Source of the DNA: a virus
Taxonomy: Duplodnaviria; Caudoviricetes
Direction: 5' to 3' (one strand)
IMG/VR virus record: IMGVR_UViG_3300021387_000661
Span: 96,001 to 160,000 of that record
Length of the DNA: 64,000 nucleotides
The translations under genes and the position numbers were made by a program. Positions 1 through 9,471 of the stretch are shown in pieces; position 1 is the stretch's first letter, and each line of letters starts with the position of its first letter. The notes beneath the pieces are model-generated. The model searched no databases. It was not told where the DNA came from and was given only the letters and a program-made list of their open reading frames with translations.

Positions 1-1181
1 ATGGTTTCTCACTTCCTATTCCAATTGAGAAATCTATTGAAGATTATCTTGATGAAAGACCAATTTTGAAAGATAAGGTTACATCACAAGGTATTTCAAC
101 AGATACTCTTGAGAAGATAAAGAAGAATATGCATAAGGTGTCAGCAGAGGCTCCAAAGACTTGGCTACCTGCTTTCAAGATGAATGCAACCCAGGAAGAG
201 ATTGATGTTCTTAATGATATTGCTAATGGTTATCTTGAGATTAAGAATAAGGATGGTAAAATTGTTAAGACTGAAACTACAGAGGGAGGTATTCTTCTCT
301 TTGATGAATTCTTCCGTGCAAATGAGGAAGTATTCAAGATTATGATGCAGATTATCCTTAACCGTGAATACAGTGGATATATGCTTGGTAATAAGTGGGG
401 TATTCTTTGTTGTTCTAACCGTCCAGAGGATGATGAGGAAGTAAGGGCAGGTTTTGAAAAGACTGGTGCTGTGGTAGGTACTCGTATGTTGTCAGGCGCT
501 TATAACTTCATCCCTTCATTTGATGAGTGGAAAAAGTGGGCAGTCTCTGAAGGTGGTTTTGATGAGATTACTCTTGAGTTCCTTAAGTTTGATAAGGATT
601 CTGGAAATGGTGAATATACCAACTGGCATACCATCAGACCAGATGAATATATTCAGAAGGGTAAAACTGCTTGGCCAACACCTCGTACTTGGTCTGCACT
701 TATGAATGAACTCAATCTTTATAAGGAGAATCATGGATATGCAAATATTATTGATATTCCTAGCGAAAAGATTCGTAGAATGGCAGATGGTATTATTGGT
801 GAGGATATGGCAGTCAGATATGTTTCTTTCCTTCAGAGTCATGCTTCTTCAATTGCTGTTGATGCAAAGGCTGTATTGGAAGACCCTGATTATGTAATTC
901 CATCATCATCAAAATGTGCAGATGTTGTAAGACAGATTGAAAATTATGTTACAATTAAGTATGATGATACAGATCTTCCAGATGTAAGTCTTTTGATGAA
1001 TATGTTCAACAAACTTAATGATACATATTCTGGTTCAAAGGATAACTTTGTAAAACTTATGCACTTGAATATCATTAAACATTTCAAGGTTATGAGTAAT
1101 AAGGATAACAGACTTGCATTGAGGGAGTATCTCGAAGCAACAAATGACAGATATAATTTTGATAAAGCTGATTTTGCTTAA
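1..1181 (+). CDS. MoxR-like AAA+ ATPase, 5'-truncated by the window edge
   Basis: Frame is open from position 3. Walker B ILLFDEFFRA, sensor-1 CSNRPEDD and PTPRTW motif. Adjacent to metallopeptidase and vWA genes. Confidence 0.8.
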   Translation, partial: GFSLPIPIEKSIEDYLDERPILKDKVTSQGISTDTLEKIKKNMHKVSAEAPKTWLPAFKMNATQEEIDVLNDIANGYLEIKNKDGKIVKTETTEGGILLFDEFFRANEEVFKIMMQIILNREYSGYMLGNKWGILCCSNRPEDDEEVRAGFEKTGAVVGTRMLSGAYNFIPSFDEWKKWAVSEGGFDEITLEFLKFDKDSGNGEYTNWHTIRPDEYIQKGKTAWPTPRTWSALMNELNLYKENHGYANIIDIPSEKIRRMADGIIGEDMAVRYVSFLQSHASSIAVDAKAVLEDPDYVIPSSSKCADVVRQIENYVTIKYDDTDLPDVSLLMNMFNKLNDTYSGSKDNFVKLMHLNIIKHFKVMSNKDNRLALREYLEATNDRYNFDKADFA

Positions 1182-1203
1182 AAATTACAATCTTAATATA
1201 TAG

Positions 1204-1231
1204 AAAAGGAAGAGGAAACTCTTCCTTTTTT
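1204..1231 (+). terminator. Intrinsic terminator
   Basis: AAAAGGAAGAG-GAAA-CTCTTCCTTTT hairpin with T-run. Confidence 0.8.
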
Positions 1232-1239
1232 CATAAATA
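1232..1239 (+). promoter_or_regulatory. Late-promoter motif CATAAATA (first of about 15 copies)
   Basis: Recurs upstream of structural genes. One base from the T4 late promoter TATAAATA. Confidence 0.75.
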
Positions 1240-1268
1240 CCATATATTATATATTAAAGTAAATTTAT

Positions 1269-3143
1269 ATGTACAATAGGTATAATGCTTTGAATGAAGC
1301 ATCAACATATGAATCATTATATAGTAATGAAGATATCATAGAGAAACTTGGAGAGATTGATATTTATGATTATGAAAAAAAGGCATATGTAAAAATGAAT
1401 GCTTCTGATATTATAAAGGTTGCAAGTGATGCACTTTATAAGATGCAGAGGGATTATAATTATTTGTATCAGTTTATTACAAAGTGTAAATTAATGTATC
1501 TTCCAACATTCCCAAGTGAAATTACCAACACAATGGCTGTTGATAATCTTAATAATCTTTGGATGAATCTGACATTTATTTATAATGATTGTAAAATGGA
1601 TTCTGAGAATGTATTTGGTATTCTTTTCCATGAGATGTTCCATATTTTCTTTGAACATCTTTTGAGATTTGACAAGAAATTCCCTAAAACAATGTTTGCT
1701 TCCGCTGGTCCTGGTGTTTATAAAAGAGCAAATACAAAGGCAAATCTTTGTATGGACTATGAAGTGAATGCTTCAATGGTTGATGATGGTATTGTTAAAG
1801 ATGATTTCTTCAAGAATATGGGAGGTCTTTATAAGAAAGAATATACAGGTATGACCTGGGAGGAAATTCTTGATAAGTATGGTGATAAAGAATATGATGA
1901 GTGGTTGTTGAAAAATGGAGAAACTCTTGATAATGTAGAGAAACAAGTTCTTGATGCAATTGAGGAAGCAGCAAAGGTATTGATGGATCCAGAATCAGAT
2001 GAGGCAGACAAGAGGTTTGCAAGAAAGAGACTCCAGGAGAAACTTGACAAGATATTTGGTAAACAGGATACTGGTGAGAAATCTCTTCAGGATATATTTG
2101 AAGATTTGGCAAAGACAAAGTTGGCAGATCATGGTGAGATTGCAAGTGACCTTGAAGATGTTGCTGATGACCTTATGAGGAATCCAGAGAATATGACTGG
2201 TCCGGAACTTGATAAGACATTGAATGACATCAATAAGTTGATTGATGAGATTGAGGAAAATTCAGATGCAGTTGGTGATGATTTCAACAAGACAGCAGAT
2301 GAGGTTCATGAAGATGCAGAAAAGGCAAGACAGGCATTGAAGGATGCTATGAAGAAAATTAATGAAGGTGGATTGTCAAAAGAAGAGAAGAAAGAACTTC
2401 TTGACAAGGCAAAGGATGCTCTTGAAGATGTTATCTCTGATGAAACAGAAAAGGATAGGTTAAAGGAGAAGAGAGCAGAGAGGGATGCAAAGAGAGAGGC
2501 GGAAAAGAAAGAGAAATTAAAGAAAATACATCCATTAAGAAAGTTATTGATAGTTCTTAAGAACCTTGCTGAATTATATGATATTCAACTTGTTTCAGAG
2601 AACACAAGGGATATATTGAATAAATGTGTTGATGATATTGATATTCTTACAGAAAAGACTTTTAGTGATATGAAGAAATCAGATTTGAAGAATATTGGTG
2701 ATCATCTTAATGAATTGTATGATCCTATTCTTGCTGATTTGGTCAAGTTGATTGAGAATGAGACCATTCTTCAGAAGACAGAGGATGATATGAAGAAGAT
2801 TCTTGATGATGTGTTTGAAACTGTATTCAATGCATTGAAGAGAATATTTGATCCAGGCCTTGATGACAGTGCAAAGGGTTCATTGATAAAGGCGGCAGCC
2901 ATGAAGTTGAGGACTATTGGTAAGTTATTGAAGACTCAAAAAAAGTGGAGGGTTGGGGATGACTTCAAGAATGGTTATGTTGATGAAATGAAAAGACTTA
3001 TGGAAATCCGTAAGGATGGTGGTGATGAAGCTCTCTTTAAGGAACTCTATGATAAGGGAGTTATTCAGCCTATGATGTTGGATGAGCATGGTATGGAATT
3101 GCTGGGTAAACTCATTGAATCTGGTGAAATTGATGATGAATAA
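1269..3143 (+). CDS. DUF2201-N-like putative metallopeptidase with acidic helical C-terminus
   Basis: TMAVD, ILFHEMFHIFFEH (HExxH) and ANLCMDYEVN motifs. MoxR/vWA context. Confidence 0.7.
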   Translation: MYNRYNALNEASTYESLYSNEDIIEKLGEIDIYDYEKKAYVKMNASDIIKVASDALYKMQRDYNYLYQFITKCKLMYLPTFPSEITNTMAVDNLNNLWMNLTFIYNDCKMDSENVFGILFHEMFHIFFEHLLRFDKKFPKTMFASAGPGVYKRANTKANLCMDYEVNASMVDDGIVKDDFFKNMGGLYKKEYTGMTWEEILDKYGDKEYDEWLLKNGETLDNVEKQVLDAIEEAAKVLMDPESDEADKRFARKRLQEKLDKIFGKQDTGEKSLQDIFEDLAKTKLADHGEIASDLEDVADDLMRNPENMTGPELDKTLNDINKLIDEIEENSDAVGDDFNKTADEVHEDAEKARQALKDAMKKINEGGLSKEEKKELLDKAKDALEDVISDETEKDRLKEKRAERDAKREAEKKEKLKKIHPLRKLLIVLKNLAELYDIQLVSENTRDILNKCVDDIDILTEKTFSDMKKSDLKNIGDHLNELYDPILADLVKLIENETILQKTEDDMKKILDDVFETVFNALKRIFDPGLDDSAKGSLIKAAAMKLRTIGKLLKTQKKWRVGDDFKNGYVDEMKRLMEIRKDGGDEALFKELYDKGVIQPMMLDEHGMELLGKLIESGEIDDE

Positions 3144-3163
3144 GAAAATAACTTGGTAGGAAA

Positions 3164-4930
3164 ATGAATATATTTGAACAATTAGATAAGATTTTGAATC
3201 CTGTTAATGAATCAGAAGAAGTAGAGACTGCCAAGGAAAAGGCAGAAAGGATTGTCAAGGCAATTCCTGTTAATCCTGAAATGGAAACTGAAAAACAGGG
3301 AAGGCAAAAGGCATGGGAGAAACTTGCCAAGTATTTCTATAAACTTTCAATGGGTGGTAGTCCTGGTGATAAGCTTACTCGTAAAGATGATATTGATTTA
3401 CCTGATGATTTCCTTGATCCAAAGATGAAAGGTAAGATGAGCGGTAAGATAGAAGACAAAGAGTTTGAGGCAAATAAGGTAGTTTGGGACCAGGATGAAG
3501 AGATGGAGAAACTGGAGAAGGAGATTGATGTTGATATGCATGGTTCTGATGATGATTTTGATGACTTTGATTATAGAGATAACAGTTTTGGTGATGATAT
3601 TGATAAAGATGAGTTGGATACTGATGATTTAGATAATGATGGTGGTGGTTCTGGAGATGATTCTGACAAATCTGAAGATGAAAAATTGAGAGACACCATT
3701 GATAATGCTCTTGATAAGATGAGTGATAGTGGTGACCTTGATGGTGACCAAGAAGGACAACAAGGTGGTCAAGAAGGTGACCAACAGGAAGGTCAGCAAG
3801 GTGGTCAAGAAGGTGAAAATAGGGAAGGTTCTGGTGGAAAAAACAGTGGAAATGGTGCTCCTGAAACAAGAAAGGACAAGAGATTGAAGGAACTCAAGAA
3901 TGCAATTGACAATAATGATACAGAAGGTGTAGATAAATCCATTGATGAATTGAAGGAAGGTGGAGATGGTTCTGGTGAACTTGCCGGCGAGAGAATTGGA
4001 GAGGTATCTGATAAAGATTTGAGAGGAGATATGTCCAAGGTGGGTGTTTCAGAAAAAGATATTGAAGAAATGTCCAAAGCAACAAAGGACAACAAGATGG
4101 GTGAGATGAGTGAAGAGGAAGCAAAGAAACTTAAGAAACAGGTTGTTGATGGTCTTGAAAAGAAATGTGAAGGAAAGGGTGGTTCAGCATTGGCAAAGAC
4201 AGTTGTTAAAAATGCATTGAGGTCAAAGGTCAATGATGATGAATGGAGATCAATGCTGAAGTTATTCCTTAAGTCCAAGTCAGTCAATAATGGTGATATG
4301 TCAAAGACAAGAAATGGTATCAAGTTTGGACACAAGAATCATCTTTGGAGAGATGCAGTGTTACCAACCAAGGGCCCAAGTAAAGGTACTGTCCAGACAA
4401 TATATTGTTTTGTTGACTTCTCTGGTTCAGTTGAACAGGATTTGGTTTACACATTCCTGGGAAGGGTTATTGATCTTTGTGCAGAGTTGAATTATACAGA
4501 TATCGTTGTTTATGGATTTGGTGAGAGGATAGTATTACCAAGAAAAATCAATGGTAGAATGTTGAAGAAAGATGGTAAGGATGTTGTACTTGCACAGACT
4601 TGGGATTATATTAACAGTCAGAAACCAGGTCCTGGAACAGAAAACTTCAGGGATGTTGCCAATGAAATAATGGAAATAAGAAAGAGACAGAGAGATGCTG
4701 TATATCTTATTTTTGGTGATGCTCTTTGGCAGGATCCTTATGATGGACCAGCATGCTTGAAGGGAATATGTGGAGAGAGACTTCTTGATAGAATGTGTGT
4801 ATTGACATATTATGATCCAGATGGTTATTGGTTTGATATATTCAAGGGATGTATATCAATGTTGAAAGAACTTGTTGGATTAAAGAATGTGATTACAACA
4901 AAGACATCAAGAATAAGAATGGATAAATAA
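3164..4930 (+). CDS. vWA-domain protein (DUF2201 C-terminal-like) with acidic/Gly-Gln linker
   Basis: MIDAS-like FVDFSGSV, then GTENF and IFGD. DQEGQQGGQEG low-complexity repeats. Confidence 0.75.
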   Translation: MNIFEQLDKILNPVNESEEVETAKEKAERIVKAIPVNPEMETEKQGRQKAWEKLAKYFYKLSMGGSPGDKLTRKDDIDLPDDFLDPKMKGKMSGKIEDKEFEANKVVWDQDEEMEKLEKEIDVDMHGSDDDFDDFDYRDNSFGDDIDKDELDTDDLDNDGGGSGDDSDKSEDEKLRDTIDNALDKMSDSGDLDGDQEGQQGGQEGDQQEGQQGGQEGENREGSGGKNSGNGAPETRKDKRLKELKNAIDNNDTEGVDKSIDELKEGGDGSGELAGERIGEVSDKDLRGDMSKVGVSEKDIEEMSKATKDNKMGEMSEEEAKKLKKQVVDGLEKKCEGKGGSALAKTVVKNALRSKVNDDEWRSMLKLFLKSKSVNNGDMSKTRNGIKFGHKNHLWRDAVLPTKGPSKGTVQTIYCFVDFSGSVEQDLVYTFLGRVIDLCAELNYTDIVVYGFGERIVLPRKINGRMLKKDGKDVVLAQTWDYINSQKPGPGTENFRDVANEIMEIRKRQRDAVYLIFGDALWQDPYDGPACLKGICGERLLDRMCVLTYYDPDGYWFDIFKGCISMLKELVGLKNVITTKTSRIRMDK

Positions 4931-4959
4931 AAGGAGGAGGTTTTAAGACCTCCTCTTTT
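4929..4959. terminator. Bidirectional terminator between convergent genes
   Basis: GAGGAGGT-TTTAAG-ACCTCCTC stem flanked by A and T runs. Confidence 0.75.
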
Positions 4960-4960
4960 G

Positions 4961-5683
4961 TTATTTATCACTCCAATCTCTTAACTTCTTTATAACTTTT
5001 GGTATAATTGGATTTCTTACTACTTCATCATCATTAAAGTGACAATAACCTATATAATCTTCATCTTTGAAAATATCTATAATATGTTGTAGGGCTGATT
5101 GTTTTCTTTTCTTTTCCTGGTCAAAATCAACTTGCTCAATATCTCCAAGGAATATCATCTTACTTTCATCACCTATTCTTGTAATTATTGACTTGAATAA
5201 ATTCATTGTAATATTCTGTGACTCATCAATTATAATATAAGATTTATCCAGTGTCACGCCTCTGATATATGCTAATGGAAGTACTTCTACTTTCTTTTCT
5301 TTGAATAATCTTTCTACATTATCTTCACTTTTGAGCATTTTCTTCATATTACCTTTATAAGATATAATATGTGGCTCCATTTTTTCATCAATTGTTCCGG
5401 GGATGTATCCGATATCTTCATTTGGCGTAGATATTACTGATTTACATAAAATTATTTTTTCATATCTTTTTGCCAGAACTCCCAACAGACCTTCATAAAG
5501 AGCTATGTATGTTTTTCCTGACCCTGCGATTCCATCGCAAATTGTTATGTCATGGTTTCTGATTTCACTTAAGAAAAATTTCTGTTTTGGATTCCTACAT
5601 TTAAGCGGTAAAAGAGTTATTGGATTTTTATCTACTATTATTTCAGGAATTTGGGGTTCTTCAGATTTTTTCTTTTTTGGCAT
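4961..5683 (-). CDS. phoH: PhoH-family ATPase
   Basis: GIAGSGKT, IGYIPG, LAYIRGVT, IIDESQN, GDIEQVD and VVRNPII motifs. Confidence 0.92.
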   Translation of the reverse strand: MPKKKKSEEPQIPEIIVDKNPITLLPLKCRNPKQKFFLSEIRNHDITICDGIAGSGKTYIALYEGLLGVLAKRYEKIILCKSVISTPNEDIGYIPGTIDEKMEPHIISYKGNMKKMLKSEDNVERLFKEKKVEVLPLAYIRGVTLDKSYIIIDESQNITMNLFKSIITRIGDESKMIFLGDIEQVDFDQEKKRKQSALQHIIDIFKDEDYIGYCHFNDDEVVRNPIIPKVIKKLRDWSDK

Positions 5684-5712
5684 ATAATTTAAAATATTTT
5701 AGTATATAAAAG

Positions 5713-5742
5713 AAAAAAAAAGGTGGGACAAAAATCCCACCT
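5713..5742 (-). terminator. Terminator after tail tube gene
   Basis: AGGTGGGA...TCCCACCT stem. A-run on plus strand gives a U-tail on minus. Confidence 0.7.
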
Positions 5743-5747
5743 ATCTT

Positions 5748-6338
5748 TTATTCATAGACAGGAAGTCCAACAGTCAAATCATCCCAGCAGTCTGCCTGGA
5801 AGGTCATTGTAATTTCATTTGCTTCATTACCACTGTCATAGTTGCGGTCATTCATACCTGTTGGCTGTCCAGGGATTACATTGATACAAGTAATCTTTCT
5901 CCAGATGGAACCATCACGGTTGTATTCAATGATGACCATAGAGCCACAGTAATCTTTCTTAAGACCATATGCACCTGTTGCAGGGTTGAAAGACTTGTTG
6001 TACCATTTACGGAGAGTTGTATAGATGTAGTTCTCATTAGAATCATTCAAGTTCAAGGAGAATGTCATCTGTAATTCAAGGTGTGTCTGTTCTGGAACAC
6101 CAAGGTAAACTCTTTCTGCTTGTTTGTATTTCTGGATTACAGTACCCATTGGAGGGTTAATACCATCAAGACCAGAAATGGATCTTACATGCTCAAGAAG
6201 AAGCTGTGTTGTTAAGGATGCACCCTCTTTGTCACCATCGAGTTCTGGAGGAAGGATAGTAACCTCAAAAAAGGCAGGATTTACAACTTCCCACTTGTTA
6301 ACTGCGGCATGTGAATTTTTAAAATGGCTAAGTGACAT
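5748..6338 (-). CDS. Tail tube protein (T4 gp19-like)
   Basis: 196 aa. LRKWY...NPATG...KKDY and ITMTFQADCW motifs. Divergent from sheath. Late motif at 6393-6400 on minus strand. Confidence 0.8.
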   Translation of the reverse strand: MSLSHFKNSHAAVNKWEVVNPAFFEVTILPPELDGDKEGASLTTQLLLEHVRSISGLDGINPPMGTVIQKYKQAERVYLGVPEQTHLELQMTFSLNLNDSNENYIYTTLRKWYNKSFNPATGAYGLKKDYCGSMVIIEYNRDGSIWRKITCINVIPGQPTGMNDRNYDSGNEANEITMTFQADCWDDLTVGLPVYE

Positions 6339-6481
6339 ATTTTATGTTTTTTTATTTTATATACTATGTAAAGACTCCGCCTTTACACACATTATTTATG
6401 AAATCATATAATGGTTTGGAACATAATTTCAAAAAACAAGTTTTCATAAATATCTTATAAATATAATAAAAAGTAAAAATT

Positions 6482-9400
6482 ATGGCTTTAGATGCAGAAT
6501 TAATTAATTTGAAATCAGCAGGTACTTATCGTTTTGAGAGAGATAAGTCTGAAATTTCAAATAATGGTGCAATTACAATCTCTAATATGAGATTGATTGT
6601 CGGTTTTAGCAAGATGGGTCCATTCAATACAGTAAGATTGGTAACTTCACCAGCACAGTTTATCAAACTCTATGGTAACATTGACCGTTCACTTGAGAAG
6701 AAGGGTTCTTTCTTCCATAGGAGTGCCTTGGTTGCCTTGAGTGCAGGTCCTATTCTTTGCTTGAATCTTTTGAATCTTGATCCTGATAAAGACCAGGTGG
6801 TTGAGAAATCATTCTCTGTAGGTTCAACAGATATAAATAAAAAGTCAGTCACACTTCCTTTACAGTCACTTTATAATACAGATAAATTCTGGTTTGCAAG
6901 TGATGAGGCATATCTTGATGCCGTTGATAAGATTCTTGGCACAGCAAATCCACAAGAAGATGGAGCTCAAGTTGATTGGAAAAATGGTATTCTTCATTTG
7001 ACCAATATAGGTAAGAAACCTGTTTCTGTTTTAATTAAGAAGGCAAGTGATTATGCTTCAAAGGGTTATCAACTTACTCTCAATGAGTGGTATGGTGAGG
7101 GTAATGTCCCTGAATATCTCAATGGTACTTCATATGTAAGTGATTATCTTGTTGAGGTTTATGTTGTTGGTGGTGATTTCGGTCCAGCTCTTAAGAGTGA
7201 TACAATTTATTCAGGTGTTGACTTGGATGATGATAATATTAATGGTAAAGGAGATGCACTTACAATGTTCTCAATCTATACAGAAAAGGATGAAAATAAT
7301 GTAGATGTTAAAATTCCTTACAAGAGATTTTCTTCAGATATTGTTTATCAGTCATACTTTGATGAAGATGGATTTATCAGGGGTGAAAATGATGCAAATC
7401 TCATTAAGTTCTTGAATCTTCCTTCAGTTGACCTTCGTGCAAAGTATGTTGGTTCATTGATTCCTAATTTTGTTGACAAACTTGGTAGAAATATCTGGAT
7501 TCAGAAGTTGATAAATGATGACACTGACACTATTGGTCTTCTTTGTACAGAGAATGTTGAATTACTTGAAGATGTAGATTTTGATGGTGATTTCATTAAT
7601 GAAAAGATTGATTTGCTTGGGCATAATATCTTTGCAAAATATCAGGAAAAACTTAAAGGTGGTGAATCCATATCATTTGATTTCTTGGGTTATAATTTTA
7701 CATATACAGATGATTTCCAGGAAGTTATTATAGATGGAAGTCTATATAAAAAATTACCTCCTCTTGAGGATGAGGTTATTGAATCACAATCACATCCATA
7801 TCCATTTAAGTGGGAAAAAATAGATGAAAGTGAAGAGGGTACTGATGAATATCTATATTCATCTTCATCAGTTTTGACAGTTGGACAGAGAGTTTATGAC
7901 ACCCCTGATGGTGATGATAGTTCAGATTCAGATGTTGATTATGAACATATTGTAGATTCTATTAAAAAGAGTGTAAAACCTATATTTACAGAATTTGCTG
8001 AATTAGGAAATTCAGAATTTTATCTGGATGCACAGAATAACAAGCCATATGTATATAGAGACAATGAAGTTGTTCTTGACAAGAAAGCAAATGTAAATGT
8101 TGGTGATTATTTCCTTTCTGACTCTGATAATACACATTCAAGAATCACAAGAGTTGTTGAAGTAAAATATGTTTATAATGATACTGCAGTATATGATAAT
8201 GAAACAGGTACATATACAACATTAGCAGAGAAGGCTGGTATCCTTGTAGTTTGTGCTGACAAGATTTACAAGACTGCTCATAGTGTTCCTAATAATGTTG
8301 TAATTAAGATTACACCTATTGATAATATTGCTGATAGACTTCAGTGGGTATGTCTCAATGGCTTCCAGGTAAGGAAGGCAGCAATGCCTAATGGTACAAA
8401 TGAGCGTCAGAATGAGATTCTTGATATGCTCCGAGAGAATCCAGAATATCCTTCAACAGTATCAAATCTCTACAAGGCACTCATTGACCGTGACTATGTA
8501 CAGTTCAGATATCTGGTTGATTCATTTGGTTTTGGTCTTGAGGAAGAATGTAAGAAGGTTTATACCCAGTTATGTAAGGGTAGAAAATCAGCATTGGCAA
8601 TTGTCAACTGTCCTTCACAGCTTGATTTCAAGAAGAGTCTTGATCCTTCCTTCACAAACAAGGTTGGTGGTGTTGAAGCAGAGTTCATTGCCAAGGGTGG
8701 TGACCTTTCAAAGAATCCTTCATTCTTGTTCAGTCTTCCAAAACTTGAGAATGGTGCTTCTTATGGTGCTTACTACTATCCATATTTGAGAATCACTGAT
8801 TTGAGTGCACCTAAATCTGTACCTCCAGCAGCATATGTGTCTAACCTTTATATCCAGAAGTATAATAGGGGATTTGCATGGTCTATTGTTGCTGGTCAGA
8901 AGAGGGGAGTCATTTCAGGAAACCAGGTGGTTGGTGTTGAGGCAACTCTTATCCATGACAACAGAGACTGGTTGGAACCAATGGGTATCAACTCCATTAT
9001 CTGGGAGCAGGGTGTCGGTGTTGAGATTTATGCAAACAAAACTGCAAAACAGACTCCTGTTTCAGCACTTTCTTCAATCCATGTCCGTGAGGCTGCTATC
9101 TATATCCAGGATGGTGTAGAAGATATTTTGAGAAGATATGTATTTGAGTTCAATACTGCACAGTCAAGACTTGAAATCAAGACATTGGTTGATGAGTTCC
9201 TTGAGACAATGAAGAACAATGGTGGTCTTTATGATTTCAGAACAGTTATGGATACCACTAACAATACAGCAGAGGTCATTGATAACAATATGGGTGTCAT
9301 CGACATTTATGTTGAAGTTGTTAGAGGTCTTGAAATCATTGCTCAAAGACTCACAATTCTTAAGACTGGTGCAATTGCTGCTGGTGGATTTGACGAATAA
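6482..9400 (+). CDS. Tail sheath protein (T4 gp18-like) with large central insertion
   Basis: SAGTYRFERD, VGFSKMGPFN, VPPAAYVS, AGQKRG, IHVREA and FEFNTAQSR. Late motif at 6445-6452. Confidence 0.92.
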   Translation: MALDAELINLKSAGTYRFERDKSEISNNGAITISNMRLIVGFSKMGPFNTVRLVTSPAQFIKLYGNIDRSLEKKGSFFHRSALVALSAGPILCLNLLNLDPDKDQVVEKSFSVGSTDINKKSVTLPLQSLYNTDKFWFASDEAYLDAVDKILGTANPQEDGAQVDWKNGILHLTNIGKKPVSVLIKKASDYASKGYQLTLNEWYGEGNVPEYLNGTSYVSDYLVEVYVVGGDFGPALKSDTIYSGVDLDDDNINGKGDALTMFSIYTEKDENNVDVKIPYKRFSSDIVYQSYFDEDGFIRGENDANLIKFLNLPSVDLRAKYVGSLIPNFVDKLGRNIWIQKLINDDTDTIGLLCTENVELLEDVDFDGDFINEKIDLLGHNIFAKYQEKLKGGESISFDFLGYNFTYTDDFQEVIIDGSLYKKLPPLEDEVIESQSHPYPFKWEKIDESEEGTDEYLYSSSSVLTVGQRVYDTPDGDDSSDSDVDYEHIVDSIKKSVKPIFTEFAELGNSEFYLDAQNNKPYVYRDNEVVLDKKANVNVGDYFLSDSDNTHSRITRVVEVKYVYNDTAVYDNETGTYTTLAEKAGILVVCADKIYKTAHSVPNNVVIKITPIDNIADRLQWVCLNGFQVRKAAMPNGTNERQNEILDMLRENPEYPSTVSNLYKALIDRDYVQFRYLVDSFGFGLEEECKKVYTQLCKGRKSALAIVNCPSQLDFKKSLDPSFTNKVGGVEAEFIAKGGDLSKNPSFLFSLPKLENGASYGAYYYPYLRITDLSAPKSVPPAAYVSNLYIQKYNRGFAWSIVAGQKRGVISGNQVVGVEATLIHDNRDWLEPMGINSIIWEQGVGVEIYANKTAKQTPVSALSSIHVREAAIYIQDGVEDILRRYVFEFNTAQSRLEIKTLVDEFLETMKNNGGLYDFRTVMDTTNNTAEVIDNNMGVIDIYVEVVRGLEIIAQRLTILKTGAIAAGGFDE

Positions 9401-9424
9401 TATTACAGTCTATGACTTCATAAA

Positions 9425-9456
9425 TAAAGGAGAAGGTGATAAACTTTCTCCTTTAT
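9425..9456 (+). terminator. Terminator after sheath gene
   Basis: TAAAGGAGAAG...CTTTCTCCTTTA stem. Confidence 0.6.
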
Positions 9457-9471
9457 TGTTATTTTTAAGGT

